A DNA stretch of 64,000 nt. Origin: an uncultured virus (IMG/VR IMGVR_UViG_3300021963_000039). Its lineage: Duplodnaviria; Heunggongvirae; Uroviricota; Caudoviricetes. Of this stretch, positions 46,167 to 56,648 are shown one piece after another. The translations under genes and the position numbers were made by a program. Every line of letters starts with the position of its first letter. The first letter of the stretch is position 1. The stretch is taken from IMG/VR virus record IMGVR_UViG_3300021963_000039; one strand, 5' to 3'. A model generated the notes under the pieces. It did no database searches. It was not told the DNA's origin and was given only the letters and a program-made list of their open reading frames with translations.

Positions 46167-47522
46167 TTATTTTTTAATTCCAAAAGTGTCTCTTATTAAT
46201 TTTAATGATGTATATGAGTTATTAGCATCAAAATGATGACAAAGTTCTTTAATCATATATAGACCACTTGTTTCAGTATCATATTCCGTAGCAGAACCTC
46301 TTGTGATTCTAGGGAACAAACATTCAATCTTATCACCTGCCCTTAAATTTGTATTAGATGGAATCATCACATTTAATGATTGGGTGAATAAAAAATTATA
46401 TCTCATTAATGCCTGAGATTGGTGCTCCATAGGGTCAGCGTTTGCTGCTGTTGAAACTCCAACTTCTACAGTACCAATATCCAATATTCCGGTAATAATT
46501 CTGGATGGAATATCTCCAAGATTTACTGAAGAATTATCATCAATATTTGGCAATTTAAGTTCTTCTTGTCCTAGATTTATCGTTTTATTTTTATACTGCG
46601 ATAGTTTAAAATCTGTTTTTCCCGGAGACGTAATTGTTCCATAAAGAGGATTAAAGAATACTCTATGACAGGCATAAGAACCTAGTCTTAATTTTTCAAT
46701 TAAATTTTGATTTCTTTCTGTGTTATAATTGAGAATTTTAAAATTATTTTGATCGGCAGATCTTTCACCATCAACACCATAAGATACAGTTGCTTCACTA
46801 TAAGTAATTGTTGTTTTTTTGGGTTGTGAACTTAGAAAATCAATCGATCTAAATTGAAATCCATCTACAGTTTGGTAAAAGAAAAATCCAGCAGTTCCTT
46901 GCCCCGAAACTGAACTTGTTTTATCATCAGAAGAGGAAGGAACACTTTTTGCCGCCAACCAAGTTAATACTGTAAAGGGTTTTCTCATATTTCCAATAAA
47001 ATTATAACGATTTGATGTTTTATCAATTGTACCAATTTTATTTGCCTTTAGAACGTCATTTAGAATTTTAGATACCGATTCATTTATGGGTAATGAATAT
47101 TTTTTTGCCACTCTTGTAGTTTCATTTGTAATCGCCTCCCTTGATACTAAGTGTAATGTAAAACTTTCCGTATTATTTTCAGAAATTACATCAGAAATAC
47201 TGGATACATAAAGATAAGTTTTTGAATCTGTAGAAAAATCTAATCCAGGATTCGTTGAAGAATTACCAGCAATTTTTATAGAAACTCTTTCTCCACCTCT
47301 TAGAGGAAGTCCGTTGTAAATGGATTGTTTTTGTGTGTCTTTACTATTTGGTGCTACAACAGTATTTCCGGTATTTACAACTCTTATTTTAGCGGTAATA
47401 GTTGGTGAAAAAATATCTTCATAATAATCAATCATCACAGATCCCAGAGCGATATCAACTCTTCGGGACCTATCATTAGATTCTATAACTATTTCTTGAA
47501 ATACAGATTGCTTTATTGACAT
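46167..47522 (-). CDS. Baseplate hub protein (gp27-like)
   Basis: YYEDIFSP, FFFYQT.DGFQFRSID, SGLYMI..L.H..T.LKL.RD; precedes gp5. Confidence 0.65.
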   Translation of the reverse strand: MSIKQSVFQEIVIESNDRSRRVDIALGSVMIDYYEDIFSPTITAKIRVVNTGNTVVAPNSKDTQKQSIYNGLPLRGGERVSIKIAGNSSTNPGLDFSTDSKTYLYVSSISDVISENNTESFTLHLVSREAITNETTRVAKKYSLPINESVSKILNDVLKANKIGTIDKTSNRYNFIGNMRKPFTVLTWLAAKSVPSSSDDKTSSVSGQGTAGFFFYQTVDGFQFRSIDFLSSQPKKTTITYSEATVSYGVDGERSADQNNFKILNYNTERNQNLIEKLRLGSYACHRVFFNPLYGTITSPGKTDFKLSQYKNKTINLGQEELKLPNIDDNSSVNLGDIPSRIITGILDIGTVEVGVSTAANADPMEHQSQALMRYNFLFTQSLNVMIPSNTNLRAGDKIECLFPRITRGSATEYDTETSGLYMIKELCHHFDANNSYTSLKLIRDTFGIKK

Positions 47523-49589
47523 TTATAAGTAAGTTAAATCTAATAAGAGTTTGTTTTTCATAAAGGTATTTAACATAGAATATTCAGAACTCATTTGTAT
47601 ATAACTTCCACCACCCCCACCAGAGGATATCATTTGCTGCCCGGTTGATGAACGATCATCAATAACAACTATTTTCCTACCTTGTCTTTCTTGAACTATT
47701 CCTTGTAAAAGATTCATAGTATAATCATTATTTTGCATTTCAATTGACTGTTCTTGATTAGGAATAGAAGGTTGTTGAGTACTGGGAACTAAAGGAGTAG
47801 AAGGTTTTGGAGGATTTGGTGATGGTGCAGTTGGTGTATTAGCAGGTGAGAATTTTCCATTATTTGGATTTTTAGTAAGCAATAATAAACGAACATATTG
47901 ATCTAACATAGCGGCATAATTTGAATTATCATTTCTTGCTCCACCGTATCTAGTTTCACCTTTTTTTATATCATATTCTAGGTGAATATGGGGTCCTCTA
48001 GAAGTTCCAGTATTCCCAACTCTAGCAAAAGACGTTCCAGCTGGTATTTTACCAGATTTAATGATTACGCCACTCAAATGCGCCATTCTTAATTGTATTC
48101 CATATTCGGGAACCCAAATATCCATTCTTATTCCATATCCTCCACCAGTATCACCTTGTCTTACAACTTCACAATCTACCCTCAAAGCAATATAAGTTCC
48201 AGAAGGAGCGGCAACATCAATTCCACCATGAGATCCATGTTTTCTCCAATCTCCAACAATACTTGTAATTTCAATATAATCAACTCCCTTGCCAAGAGAT
48301 TTTGTAAAGACATCTCCTGTTCCTAGGCGTCGTTGTCCTGATGGTGATTGTACTGGCGGTCTAGAAGGTGCTGTTGTATTGGGTGACTGATTTTGCTTAA
48401 AGGAAGAAGGAACAGGTGCCGGTTGACCTTTGTATTGTGTTCCAGAGGTTCTAGACCCCGAACCAACAAAAGTCCCAAATTTATTATCATCAGGATTTCT
48501 TTGTACTATACCTGTCGTAGATGGGCCAGCCGGAGTACTGGGAATAATATTCTTCCCCACAAAGTCAGTTCTGTTTTCAATAAATTCAGCTGCTTTTTTT
48601 TGTAAAGAAGGATTCATTATATTTCGAGCAACATTTTGTATTTCAGAAACTTTTAATCCGGTTGCTTTTGCCGCAGACTCGGCATCTTTAATCTGAAACC
48701 ACTCGGGATTTGTATCTCTAGATGGATTTGGTTTTGGATATCTGCGAGTTGGTTCATATTGTGTGCGATACAATATTATATTTCTAATACTTGTTCCTCC
48801 CGGAAACTTACCAGATCTCGCACGATTATAAATTGATTGAGCTACATCTGCCTGCCCCTGAGCATCACCATCTTCTCTAGATGCAACTGCTACTAAGGTC
48901 CAAAAATCAGAGTTCTTGCCGTCTATAGGAGATTGCTGTGAAGGTTGCTGTGGTGGATCAGTATATGCATCAGGTTCTTGAGTAATTTCACCGATTGGAG
49001 GAACATCTTTAAACGGAGCAAATAAGACATCAAGAGCGGATGATAGTCCATCTCCCAAATCATCGAGAGATTTTGTCAATTCACCGATAGAACTTTCCAT
49101 CAATCCAGAATTGTCACTAAAATCAAATGCAGAAAGATTTTTTAAAGCTGAATCAAAAATGCCTGTTATACTTTTCATCACATTAAATGTTTCGTCACCA
49201 TAATTTTTTAAAATAGATCCAACAGTTCCAAGTCTTCCAACAAATTGCCCTCCTAGACTAATCCAGGTTGGAAGATTTCCCAATATCCATCCGGCAGTAA
49301 GATACTTAACAAATCCAAATAATCTATCTGTAATGTTTAAACCTCCATCAGATAAGGATAAAGATCTAGCACCACCAGATTTAGTAAGAAAAGCAGGACT
49401 AGTAATTACATTTTTTTGGATTTCTCTTCTCTCAAAATCACGGCGTCTATTCTTAAAAATTTTAACACTAGATAATAAATTTTTCTTTTTGGATATTCCT
49501 ACGGTTAATGTATTTTGAATTGATTTTGTTGTCTTTGTAGTTTGTGAGGTAGTCGATCTTAACAAAGAAATTGGTGATGATATTGCCAT
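47523..49589 (-). CDS. Tail/hub protein with cell-wall hydrolase and M23 peptidase domains
   Basis: RE....GQADVAQSIYNR...QYEP (SleB-like); HGGID, HLS, GPHIHLE (M23). Confidence 0.75.
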   Translation of the reverse strand: MAISSPISLLRSTTSQTTKTTKSIQNTLTVGISKKKNLLSSVKIFKNRRRDFERREIQKNVITSPAFLTKSGGARSLSLSDGGLNITDRLFGFVKYLTAGWILGNLPTWISLGGQFVGRLGTVGSILKNYGDETFNVMKSITGIFDSALKNLSAFDFSDNSGLMESSIGELTKSLDDLGDGLSSALDVLFAPFKDVPPIGEITQEPDAYTDPPQQPSQQSPIDGKNSDFWTLVAVASREDGDAQGQADVAQSIYNRARSGKFPGGTSIRNIILYRTQYEPTRRYPKPNPSRDTNPEWFQIKDAESAAKATGLKVSEIQNVARNIMNPSLQKKAAEFIENRTDFVGKNIIPSTPAGPSTTGIVQRNPDDNKFGTFVGSGSRTSGTQYKGQPAPVPSSFKQNQSPNTTAPSRPPVQSPSGQRRLGTGDVFTKSLGKGVDYIEITSIVGDWRKHGSHGGIDVAAPSGTYIALRVDCEVVRQGDTGGGYGIRMDIWVPEYGIQLRMAHLSGVIIKSGKIPAGTSFARVGNTGTSRGPHIHLEYDIKKGETRYGGARNDNSNYAAMLDQYVRLLLLTKNPNNGKFSPANTPTAPSPNPPKPSTPLVPSTQQPSIPNQEQSIEMQNNDYTMNLLQGIVQERQGRKIVVIDDRSSTGQQMISSGGGGGSYIQMSSEYSMLNTFMKNKLLLDLTYL

Positions 49590-49590
49590 T

Positions 49591-51102
49591 TTAGAACACT
49601 ACATTATAATTAACCTGAGAATATAATGTATAAAAATTATCAGGATTTCCAGAAGGAATGAGAGGAACATCCGTAATTGTTTGTGAATCACTTGCGATCA
49701 CAGATGATGGTTGCTCCTTATTATTTCCAAGTACTACTACATCTGCTGGTGGTTCTGGCAAATTTCCAAGATTCGGTTTTGGTGGTGATTGTGGGTTAAA
49801 TGGAAGTACTTCAAGACTAACTGGTCCAGATGGAGATTGTATTGGAATTGGATTTGGTTCCGGCAATTTCATTACGCTCCAAGAATGTCCTTTAGATTCT
49901 ACCCATCGTTTTGCTTGATGTTGTTCTACCGGACTCATATTTTTCCAAGCAGATTCAATTCTGCCTCTTGCAAAAGATTTATCTCTATTGTCAAAAGCCA
50001 TTTGGAATTTATTTACCATTTCAGGAGTTGGTGGAGGAATTGCCGGTGATTGTGGTTCTGCTGCCGGTGATGGTTTTGGAGCAGCAGAAGGAATCATAGG
50101 ACTTTGTGGTTGGACTGATGGTTGCGGAGATCCTTCCTCTACAGTACCTTTTACTTCTGGTGCCGGATTATTTAAAAAACCAAGATCTAATCCAGATCCA
50201 GACAAAAAATCTGACCCGGATTTCATAAGTCCAGAAAATCCAGAACTTACCGATTCGACAATTCCAGAAGGATTAAAATTAGAAAGATCTAATTCATTTC
50301 CTGTCGCTTTCATTCCACCAAGAATATAAGCTGGTAATGGAATAGGAGCAAAGGTTGCTGCAGCATTTACAGCACCCGTAGCGTAATCTCCTTCTTGAAT
50401 ATTTGTAAAAGCATCCGTTGCGGTGGAAATTCTAGCACCAATACCAAGTGCTTTAGTTAAAAACGATAATATACCAGATGCACCAGCGCCAACAGCAGCA
50501 ACAGGAGCGGCAATTCTAAGTCCTGATAATAATGAGGTGACTAAACCTGCGATTGCCTTAAATGGAGATGCAGCAAGTGCTGATAAAGATTTAATAACTT
50601 TTCCAGTAATTCCTCCAATTCCTGATAGTACAGAGGTAAAACCTTTACTTAATGTTCCTAATGTGGAAGTAATAAATCCAAAAGATCCTTTTAGAAGATT
50701 TCCAATTCCAGTAAGTGCTCCGATTCCAAGTTTAGCACTCAATTTAAATCCTTGTAGGATTTTATTGCCAAAAAATCCAAATAATGCTCCAAGAGCAGTA
50801 GTTATTTTACTAAAAATTGAATTTAGATTTTTTTCGGTGGAACTTAATGGTGATTGAAGAGAGGCAGAAACTTTTTTTTCTAGTTCGTTTTCTGCCCCTT
50901 GTCTAATTTTTGATTCTAAAAGTTTTTTTTCTTCATCTCTTTCTTCTAAAAGATACCTTTGATCTAGTGATCTATCAGATTCTAGTATCTTTCCAATACC
51001 TTGAAGATTAACATTTGTTGTAAAAATTTCCGAACGAATGGTATTGAGTTGATCCTGAAGACCAACCAAAGAAGTTGATGGTACGGAATTTTCTTTATCC
51101 AT
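49591..51102 (-). CDS. Tape-measure/hub-like structural protein
   Basis: Coiled-coil N-terminus, G/L/S/A amphipathic repeats, Pro-rich C-terminus. Confidence 0.55.
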   Translation of the reverse strand: MDKENSVPSTSLVGLQDQLNTIRSEIFTTNVNLQGIGKILESDRSLDQRYLLEERDEEKKLLESKIRQGAENELEKKVSASLQSPLSSTEKNLNSIFSKITTALGALFGFFGNKILQGFKLSAKLGIGALTGIGNLLKGSFGFITSTLGTLSKGFTSVLSGIGGITGKVIKSLSALAASPFKAIAGLVTSLLSGLRIAAPVAAVGAGASGILSFLTKALGIGARISTATDAFTNIQEGDYATGAVNAAATFAPIPLPAYILGGMKATGNELDLSNFNPSGIVESVSSGFSGLMKSGSDFLSGSGLDLGFLNNPAPEVKGTVEEGSPQPSVQPQSPMIPSAAPKPSPAAEPQSPAIPPPTPEMVNKFQMAFDNRDKSFARGRIESAWKNMSPVEQHQAKRWVESKGHSWSVMKLPEPNPIPIQSPSGPVSLEVLPFNPQSPPKPNLGNLPEPPADVVVLGNNKEQPSSVIASDSQTITDVPLIPSGNPDNFYTLYSQVNYNVVF

Positions 51103-51268
51103 TAGATTGGTTCTTCATATTTTCTTCTTCAATATACTGATGAAGTAAATTGATATAAATTTCTCTCTCCCAAGGAATCATATTTTCTAACTCTTCTAAA
51201 GAGTATTTATGATGTTGAATTAGAGAAAAATTAGTTTTATAATATGACGCAAGATCCTCATGCGCCAA
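51095..51268 (-). CDS. gp51: Baseplate hub assembly catalyst gp51 (no upstream ATG; TTG start or frameshift product)
   Basis: Manual translation LAHEDLASYYKTNFSLIQHHKYSLEELENMIPWEREIYINLL. Confidence 0.85.
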   Translation of the reverse strand: MAHEDLASYYKTNFSLIQHHKYSLEELENMIPWEREIYINLLHQYIEEENMKNQSNG

Positions 51269-51270
51269 TC

Positions 51271-51990
51271 CTAGGCGAAAAAACTTGTTAGCCCTTCTAA
51301 TGTAATATCACTTTCCACACCAGTATTGGGATTTTTGATTGAAATTGTATGAGAAAGTTTAGGCATCGTATTGAAGAATTTTTCAATTTCTTTAAATTGT
51401 TGAGAAGTCAATTGCTCTAAAAATTCTTCTAGTTCTTTTTTGGTAGAATCTGATGCAGGCCAAGACTCTTCTTCTGAGTAAATTTGATCTATACAAGATA
51501 CAATCATCTCAAAAGTATCATCTACACCCATTCCCCCATCATTTGAGAAATTATTTTTAATAAACTCCTTCATAGAAGGATACTTCATTCTTAATTTCAA
51601 AGTATCATCAAGTTTAATATCTCTAGAATGTTCGGGTTTTACCACAACCGAAATATCATCAAGATTTATTGTTACCGGAACCTGAGTTGTTCCATCGTCA
51701 GGGCAAGTTAAAAGAACATCAACGTCTTCCCCGACAGATTTTCCCCGAACATTTAAGAAAATATATTCAATATCAAAAATTGATAATTGATCTACTTTAA
51801 TACCTCTGGTAATAATACAATTTGCAATTACGGTCTTAAGTGCTTCGGCAATTTGCTTTGGATCTTCACTCTCCATAGCAATAATTAAAATCTTTTCTTC
51901 TTTTACAAGAAAAGGTCTATATTTAATTTCTTTCTTAATAGATGGTATTTCTAAACTATATGTCGGCGTTACAATTTTTGGTAAAGGCAT
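51271..51990 (-). CDS. gp26: Baseplate hub subunit gp26
   Basis: MPLPKI..PTY, YRPFLVKEEKIL, FL..RGKSVGE, FF.TMPKL, LEGL.SFF. Confidence 0.9.
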   Translation of the reverse strand: MPLPKIVTPTYSLEIPSIKKEIKYRPFLVKEEKILIIAMESEDPKQIAEALKTVIANCIITRGIKVDQLSIFDIEYIFLNVRGKSVGEDVDVLLTCPDDGTTQVPVTINLDDISVVVKPEHSRDIKLDDTLKLRMKYPSMKEFIKNNFSNDGGMGVDDTFEMIVSCIDQIYSEEESWPASDSTKKELEEFLEQLTSQQFKEIEKFFNTMPKLSHTISIKNPNTGVESDITLEGLTSFFA

Positions 51991-52020
51991 TTTTTTTAAT
52001 TCAAATCATATTAAATATAT

Positions 52021-52836
52021 TTAGTTAATAATTGGATCACCATAAGAATTGAAAAATCTTCTATTTACTTCTGCGGTAGTTTTTGTATCAATACTTCGAT
52101 CATAAAAAACAACACCACTCGTTCCTCTAACTGGGACTAAAGTTCCAGTAGAATTACTATTGACAGTACTTTCCTGATTATTATCATTACCAATAAATCT
52201 ATTCAAACTTAATGCCCTACCAGCAATATAACGATCATATTTAAAAGTTGCCGAAATCTTTAAAACATCTGATTGATTATAAGCAACTGCCGGAGGACTT
52301 ATACTCACAGGCCAAAGTCCAACAAAAGTGTATTCTATTTGCTTAAAATATTCATAATTTCGGTCAAACTTAATAATTTTAGTAAAACTTGTCTTGTAAG
52401 TTTCCGGATACTGCATTCTTACGAAATAATTTGATTCTCCTTGATGTACGGGACCTGCAAATTGATTTCCTATGGGATTATGAGACCCACTCGAAATAAA
52501 CTCCATCCAAGACTCTAAAAATTTTATCATTAAGTAGTTTGAATCAACATAAAAATCAAGAGTTATTTCTCCATATGTTCTGGCAACGGCAAAGTTTTCA
52601 GAAACTCCGGTAAAATTTCCATCAACAGTTTTCGTAGTAAGATTAGACGCAGGTAATGATGCGTTATAACACAAAAGACCAGCAGATTCACCAATAAAAA
52701 ATGGAGAAACTCCTCTTTTTATAAGATAACTTTGTAGATCCGATGGGAGACCGCCAAATATTAACTGATAATGGGAAGTTTGTGCTAAATTGGTAAATAG
52801 TGGTTTAAAGTCGGATATTCTGCGGATACTAGGCAC
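52021..52836 (-). CDS. Tail tube/baseplate initiator protein (gp54/gp19-like)
   Basis: ASLP, R.YG.I.LDFYVD, F.E.WM, F.G.WP, ATF.Y; divergent from gp4. Confidence 0.6.
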   Translation of the reverse strand: MPSIRRISDFKPLFTNLAQTSHYQLIFGGLPSDLQSYLIKRGVSPFFIGESAGLLCYNASLPASNLTTKTVDGNFTGVSENFAVARTYGEITLDFYVDSNYLMIKFLESWMEFISSGSHNPIGNQFAGPVHQGESNYFVRMQYPETYKTSFTKIIKFDRNYEYFKQIEYTFVGLWPVSISPPAVAYNQSDVLKISATFKYDRYIAGRALSLNRFIGNDNNQESTVNSNSTGTLVPVRGTSGVVFYDRSIDTKTTAEVNRRFFNSYGDPIIN

Positions 52837-52877
52837 TCTAAATACCTTTTATGAGTCTTAATAGTATAAGTATTTAG

Positions 52878-53315
52878 ATGTCTTATAAGGGAAAGTTTAA
52901 ACCATCATTTCCGGAAAAGTATGTTGGAGACCCGACAAATATTATCTATAGGTCCTTATGGGAATTGAAGTTTCTTAAATATTGTGATACGAATGAAAAT
53001 ATTTTAGAATATGCCTCTGAAGAACTTGCCATTCCTTATCGTTCTCCGGTAGATGGTAAAGTTCATAGATATTTTCCCGATGCTTATATAAAAGTCAAAG
53101 AACCAGATGGAAGCATTAAAAAATATTTGATTGAGATTAAACCTTATAAGCAAACGATGCCGCCACCAAAACCAAAAAGGCAGACCAAAGGATATATCTA
53201 TGAAGCATATGAGTACGCTAAGAACCAATCAAAATGGGAAGCAGCAAGAGAATATTGTAAGGACAGGGGATGGACCTTTAGGGTAATTACAGAACACGAA
53301 CTTTATGGGAAATAG
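52878..53315 (+). CDS. gp4: Head completion nuclease gp4
   Basis: IIYRSLWE, SEE..IPY, HRYFPD, IEIKP, N..KW.AA; TAAATA at 52819-52824. Confidence 0.92.
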   Translation: MSYKGKFKPSFPEKYVGDPTNIIYRSLWELKFLKYCDTNENILEYASEELAIPYRSPVDGKVHRYFPDAYIKVKEPDGSIKKYLIEIKPYKQTMPPPKPKRQTKGYIYEAYEYAKNQSKWEAAREYCKDRGWTFRVITEHELYGK

Positions 53316-53364
53316 GCGAATCAATAAAACAAGTAAAATTAGAATAAATAACTAAAAAAGATAA

Positions 53365-54288
53365 ATGGCAATCGCTGCTGGTTTTAATTATAGATATCCG
53401 TACACAAAACTCACAACATCTGATGATTATTTAAAAATTACTTTTCTTCAGTATGTGGCACCAGGACTTATTCCGGGAGAAGGAACCTTTGCGCTACCTT
53501 CTTCTGATGATGTATATGCTAATGTAGGAGGCAAGGATGATAAGCAAAGGGAAAGGGGGACTGTTATATTGCCAATTCCCGATGATATAAAAGATAGTAA
53601 TAGCGTCAAATGGGGAGGAAATGAATTAGGACCTGGTGGTGCCGCTGCAGTTGGATTTGGAGCTGGGGCATTTGACACAAAAGGTATGGAAGACTTGAAA
53701 AATAAGTTACGAGCAACAGAAACTAAATTAAAAGATGCTGCTACGTCTGGAACAACACAAAAAATGCTTCAGGCAATAGGTATTGGATTGGCAGCAAATC
53801 TTCTTACTGGAAAGAATATTCCAATTTCACAAACTACTTCAAGATTTGCCGGAGCAGTATTTAACTCAAATATTGAATTACTTTTTGACGGAATTGCTTT
53901 AAGACAACCATTTACTTTTGCTTATGATATTGTTCCTCGTTCTGAACGTGAAGCAATAGAAGTCAAACAGATTATTAGAAAATTTAAAATACACAGTGCC
54001 GCAAAAAAAGGTACAGTAGCGGAGGGTGCCGCTGGATTGTTTCTTAAGGCACCCGAAGTTTTTAAAATAGAATATATGAGTGGAGGAAGCCCACATCCAT
54101 ATCTAAATAGATTTAAGATGTGCGCTCTTATGAATATAACGGTAAATTATACTGGTTCAGGAACTTATGCGACTTATTCAGATGCCACACCGGTTCATAT
54201 GACTATGGCATTAACATTTCAAGAGCTCACTCCAATTTACGCAGAAGATTACGAAACAGGTAAAGGAAGCGAAGGAACAGGATTCTAA
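53365..54288 (+). CDS. gp48: Baseplate tail-tube cap gp48
   Basis: N.N.ELLF.G...R.F.F...PRS..EA..V..II..FK, LTFQEL; synteny gp4-gp48-gp53. Confidence 0.8.
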   Translation: MAIAAGFNYRYPYTKLTTSDDYLKITFLQYVAPGLIPGEGTFALPSSDDVYANVGGKDDKQRERGTVILPIPDDIKDSNSVKWGGNELGPGGAAAVGFGAGAFDTKGMEDLKNKLRATETKLKDAATSGTTQKMLQAIGIGLAANLLTGKNIPISQTTSRFAGAVFNSNIELLFDGIALRQPFTFAYDIVPRSEREAIEVKQIIRKFKIHSAAKKGTVAEGAAGLFLKAPEVFKIEYMSGGSPHPYLNRFKMCALMNITVNYTGSGTYATYSDATPVHMTMALTFQELTPIYAEDYETGKGSEGTGF

Positions 54289-54290
54289 AG

Positions 54291-54938
54291 ATGTCATATT
54301 TCAGAGAATTACCAAACTTAGAATACCAATCATTCCTATCAAGCAGTAGGGGATCCGATGAATACTTATTGGTAAAAAATGTATTTCGTCGTGTTAAACT
54401 TCGTGATGATTTACAGAATGTTTTCACCATATTCAATAAGTATGAAATTGAAGAAGGAGCAAGACCTGATACAGTCGCAGAAGAACTTTATGGAAGTTCT
54501 CAATATGATTGGGTTGTATTGATTGGTGCCGGTATTATAAATGTCAGGGATGAATGGCCTCTTTCTAATAAGGACTTATACACATATGCGGAACAAGTTT
54601 ATGGAAATGATCTAAATGCCATACATCATTATGAAACCACAGAGGTCAAAGATTCTAATGGAAGATTGATACTTCCAGCGGGTAAGGTCGTAGATTCTAA
54701 CTTTACGATTCCAAAACCAAATGATTACTTGGCGACATTAAATCCGGTCACAGGAATCAGTAATTATGTGTATGAGACCAGAAAAAATAATGAAAAAAGA
54801 AATATCTATGTTCTTAGACCTTCATATCTTCAGCAAGTGATTAACGATACAAGAAAAGCGATGACTTATGATAAATCATCGCAGTATGTAAATGATAAGT
54901 TAATTCGCACCGAGAATACAAGAGTCACGATGCCATAA
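54291..54938 (+). CDS. gp53: Baseplate wedge subunit gp53
   Basis: YFRELP, RPD.VA..LYG...YDWVVL, WPL, HHYET, N..KR.I..L.P. Confidence 0.9.
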   Translation: MSYFRELPNLEYQSFLSSSRGSDEYLLVKNVFRRVKLRDDLQNVFTIFNKYEIEEGARPDTVAEELYGSSQYDWVVLIGAGIINVRDEWPLSNKDLYTYAEQVYGNDLNAIHHYETTEVKDSNGRLILPAGKVVDSNFTIPKPNDYLATLNPVTGISNYVYETRKNNEKRNIYVLRPSYLQQVINDTRKAMTYDKSSQYVNDKLIRTENTRVTMP

Positions 54939-54962
54939 AAAAGGGGAGAAAATCCCCCCTTA
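54937..54962. terminator. Hairpin between convergent gp53 and gp32
   Basis: AAAAAAGGGGA-gaaaa-TCCCC; T-run on the minus strand. Confidence 0.6.
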
Positions 54963-54967
54963 CTAAA

Positions 54968-55885
54968 CTATTCTGCTAATTTTGCGAAATAGGATAAGGA
55001 TTCATCATCCTCCTCATCATCAACCGCAACAGAGCGAGATGATTTCAGACTATTGAGTTCTCCACGAAGATCCTCGGTGAGTGATGGTGCCGAACCACGA
55101 TAGTCGTCCTCATCATTAACTTCTTCATCAGTACGACGAGAACCTTTAGTTCCAAGAACAGAATCAAGACGAGTCTTCAGTTCTTCATAAGACTTAAACT
55201 GACTTGGGGCAACAAGTTCAGCGAGAGAGTTCTGCTTCTTCCATAGTGCCTCCAGAGCATCATCGTCATCCAGAAGAGGTCCGGGAACAGCAAACTCACT
55301 CGAATCATAGTTACGATATCCGGCAACATTCTTTGCCTTCAGTTTAAAGTTAGCACCCTTCCAGAAATCAAATGGGTCAATTGATTCCTCATCCTCAAAC
55401 TCAGGTTGCATCGCCGCAGTAAGTTTGTCGAAGATTTTTTTGCCGAACTTATACAGAAAAACACCACCTTCGTTTTCTGGATTAGCGGGGTCTTTTACAA
55501 CATAAATGTTAGAAATATAAGTCAGTTTGCGCTTCTGTTTGCGGGCAATTTCTTTATTGGAATCTATACCAGAGTTCCAGAGACCCGAATTATGTTCGCA
55601 AACGGGGCACTTTTGATTCAGGGTAGTAGTGCAAGAGTCTATCAACCAACCAGATGGACCTTGAAAAGCGTGAGAATAAAGTTTTACAAAGGGTAGATCT
55701 TCTCCGTCAGGAGCAGGAAGAAAACGGATAACGGCATAACCATTTTGTGATTTATCTACGGTAAGAGACCAGAAGCGTTCATCTGTAGAACCTCCGGTAT
55801 TATTCATTTTTTCAACTTCTTTAACTAGTTTTTCAGTTAAAGAACCAAGTTTAGATTGTTTTTTAAGATTTGCGAAATTAGACAT
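54968..55885 (-). CDS. gp32: Single-stranded DNA-binding protein gp32
   Basis: NGYAVIRFLP, CPVCE, DPFDFW.GANFKLK, YRNYD.SEF, acidic tail. Confidence 0.95.
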   Translation of the reverse strand: MSNFANLKKQSKLGSLTEKLVKEVEKMNNTGGSTDERFWSLTVDKSQNGYAVIRFLPAPDGEDLPFVKLYSHAFQGPSGWLIDSCTTTLNQKCPVCEHNSGLWNSGIDSNKEIARKQKRKLTYISNIYVVKDPANPENEGGVFLYKFGKKIFDKLTAAMQPEFEDEESIDPFDFWKGANFKLKAKNVAGYRNYDSSEFAVPGPLLDDDDALEALWKKQNSLAELVAPSQFKSYEELKTRLDSVLGTKGSRRTDEEVNDEDDYRGSAPSLTEDLRGELNSLKSSRSVAVDDEEDDESLSYFAKLAE

Positions 55886-55927
55886 AGGATATGTTGGATA
55901 AATTGGATTTGTTTTTATGACAACTTT

Positions 55928-55956
55928 ATTATAGAAGATTTATAAAGGGATGTCAA
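55928..55956 (-). promoter_or_regulatory. Consensus sigma70 promoter of gp32
   Basis: TTGACA-17 nt-TATAAT; -35 overlaps the endonuclease G stop. Confidence 0.85.
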
Positions 55957-56648
55957 GCCCTCGTCCAACCTTTATGATGATTTCTTTTACCGCAAATTAC
56001 ATAATGCATAGCTGAACCGGTGAGATTATTTTGTTCGCAAAAATATTTGAGATTATTTGTGGTATGTATTTTTCCTTCCGGATCTTTCATTATCCAAGTT
56101 TTATTATCTCTTGCTACTTTTCTTTCTCTTATTTGCTCCTTCTGCTCTTCTGTAAGTTTTTTACCGAGCATTCCTTTTGGAGATATTCTTCCCATATGCG
56201 ATTTACTCATTTTTCTTTTGGTTTCTTCAGATGCTTTTCTATTTTTAGCAGCATCTGATATTTTCTTTCTAACTTCTAGTCTTTTTGCCGGATTATTTTC
56301 TCCAAGTTTTCCTGCTCTAATTTTCTCTTTAACATCATCTCTTTTTGATGGATTATCCTCACCAAATACCCGACAATAAAACTTTTTAGAAGTTTGCCTT
56401 GCTTTGTTGGCAAAATGAGGATTTTTATCTACTTCATAAAAGTCGTGAAGAACACATTCTGCCTCAAGTGCATCTTCTACGCTATCAAAAGTTTCTAAAA
56501 TGATTTTTTGAGTTGGTTTAAAAGTTTTGTCTCTAAAACTTCCAAAATAATTTATATCTTCTTCTGGAAGACATTTACATTCTCTTTTTCCAATATATCC
56601 ATTACCAAACTCTTCATAAGAGTAATAGACATAAAAATACTTTTTCAT
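55953..56648 (-). CDS. Free-standing GIY-YIG/Seg-like endonuclease G
   Basis: YVYYSYEEFGNGYIG, YFGS, E..LH, HFAN; NUMOD3-like SEETKRKMSKSH. Confidence 0.8.
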   Translation of the reverse strand: MKKYFYVYYSYEEFGNGYIGKRECKCLPEEDINYFGSFRDKTFKPTQKIILETFDSVEDALEAECVLHDFYEVDKNPHFANKARQTSKKFYCRVFGEDNPSKRDDVKEKIRAGKLGENNPAKRLEVRKKISDAAKNRKASEETKRKMSKSHMGRISPKGMLGKKLTEEQKEQIRERKVARDNKTWIMKDPEGKIHTTNNLKYFCEQNNLTGSAMHYVICGKRNHHKGWTRA

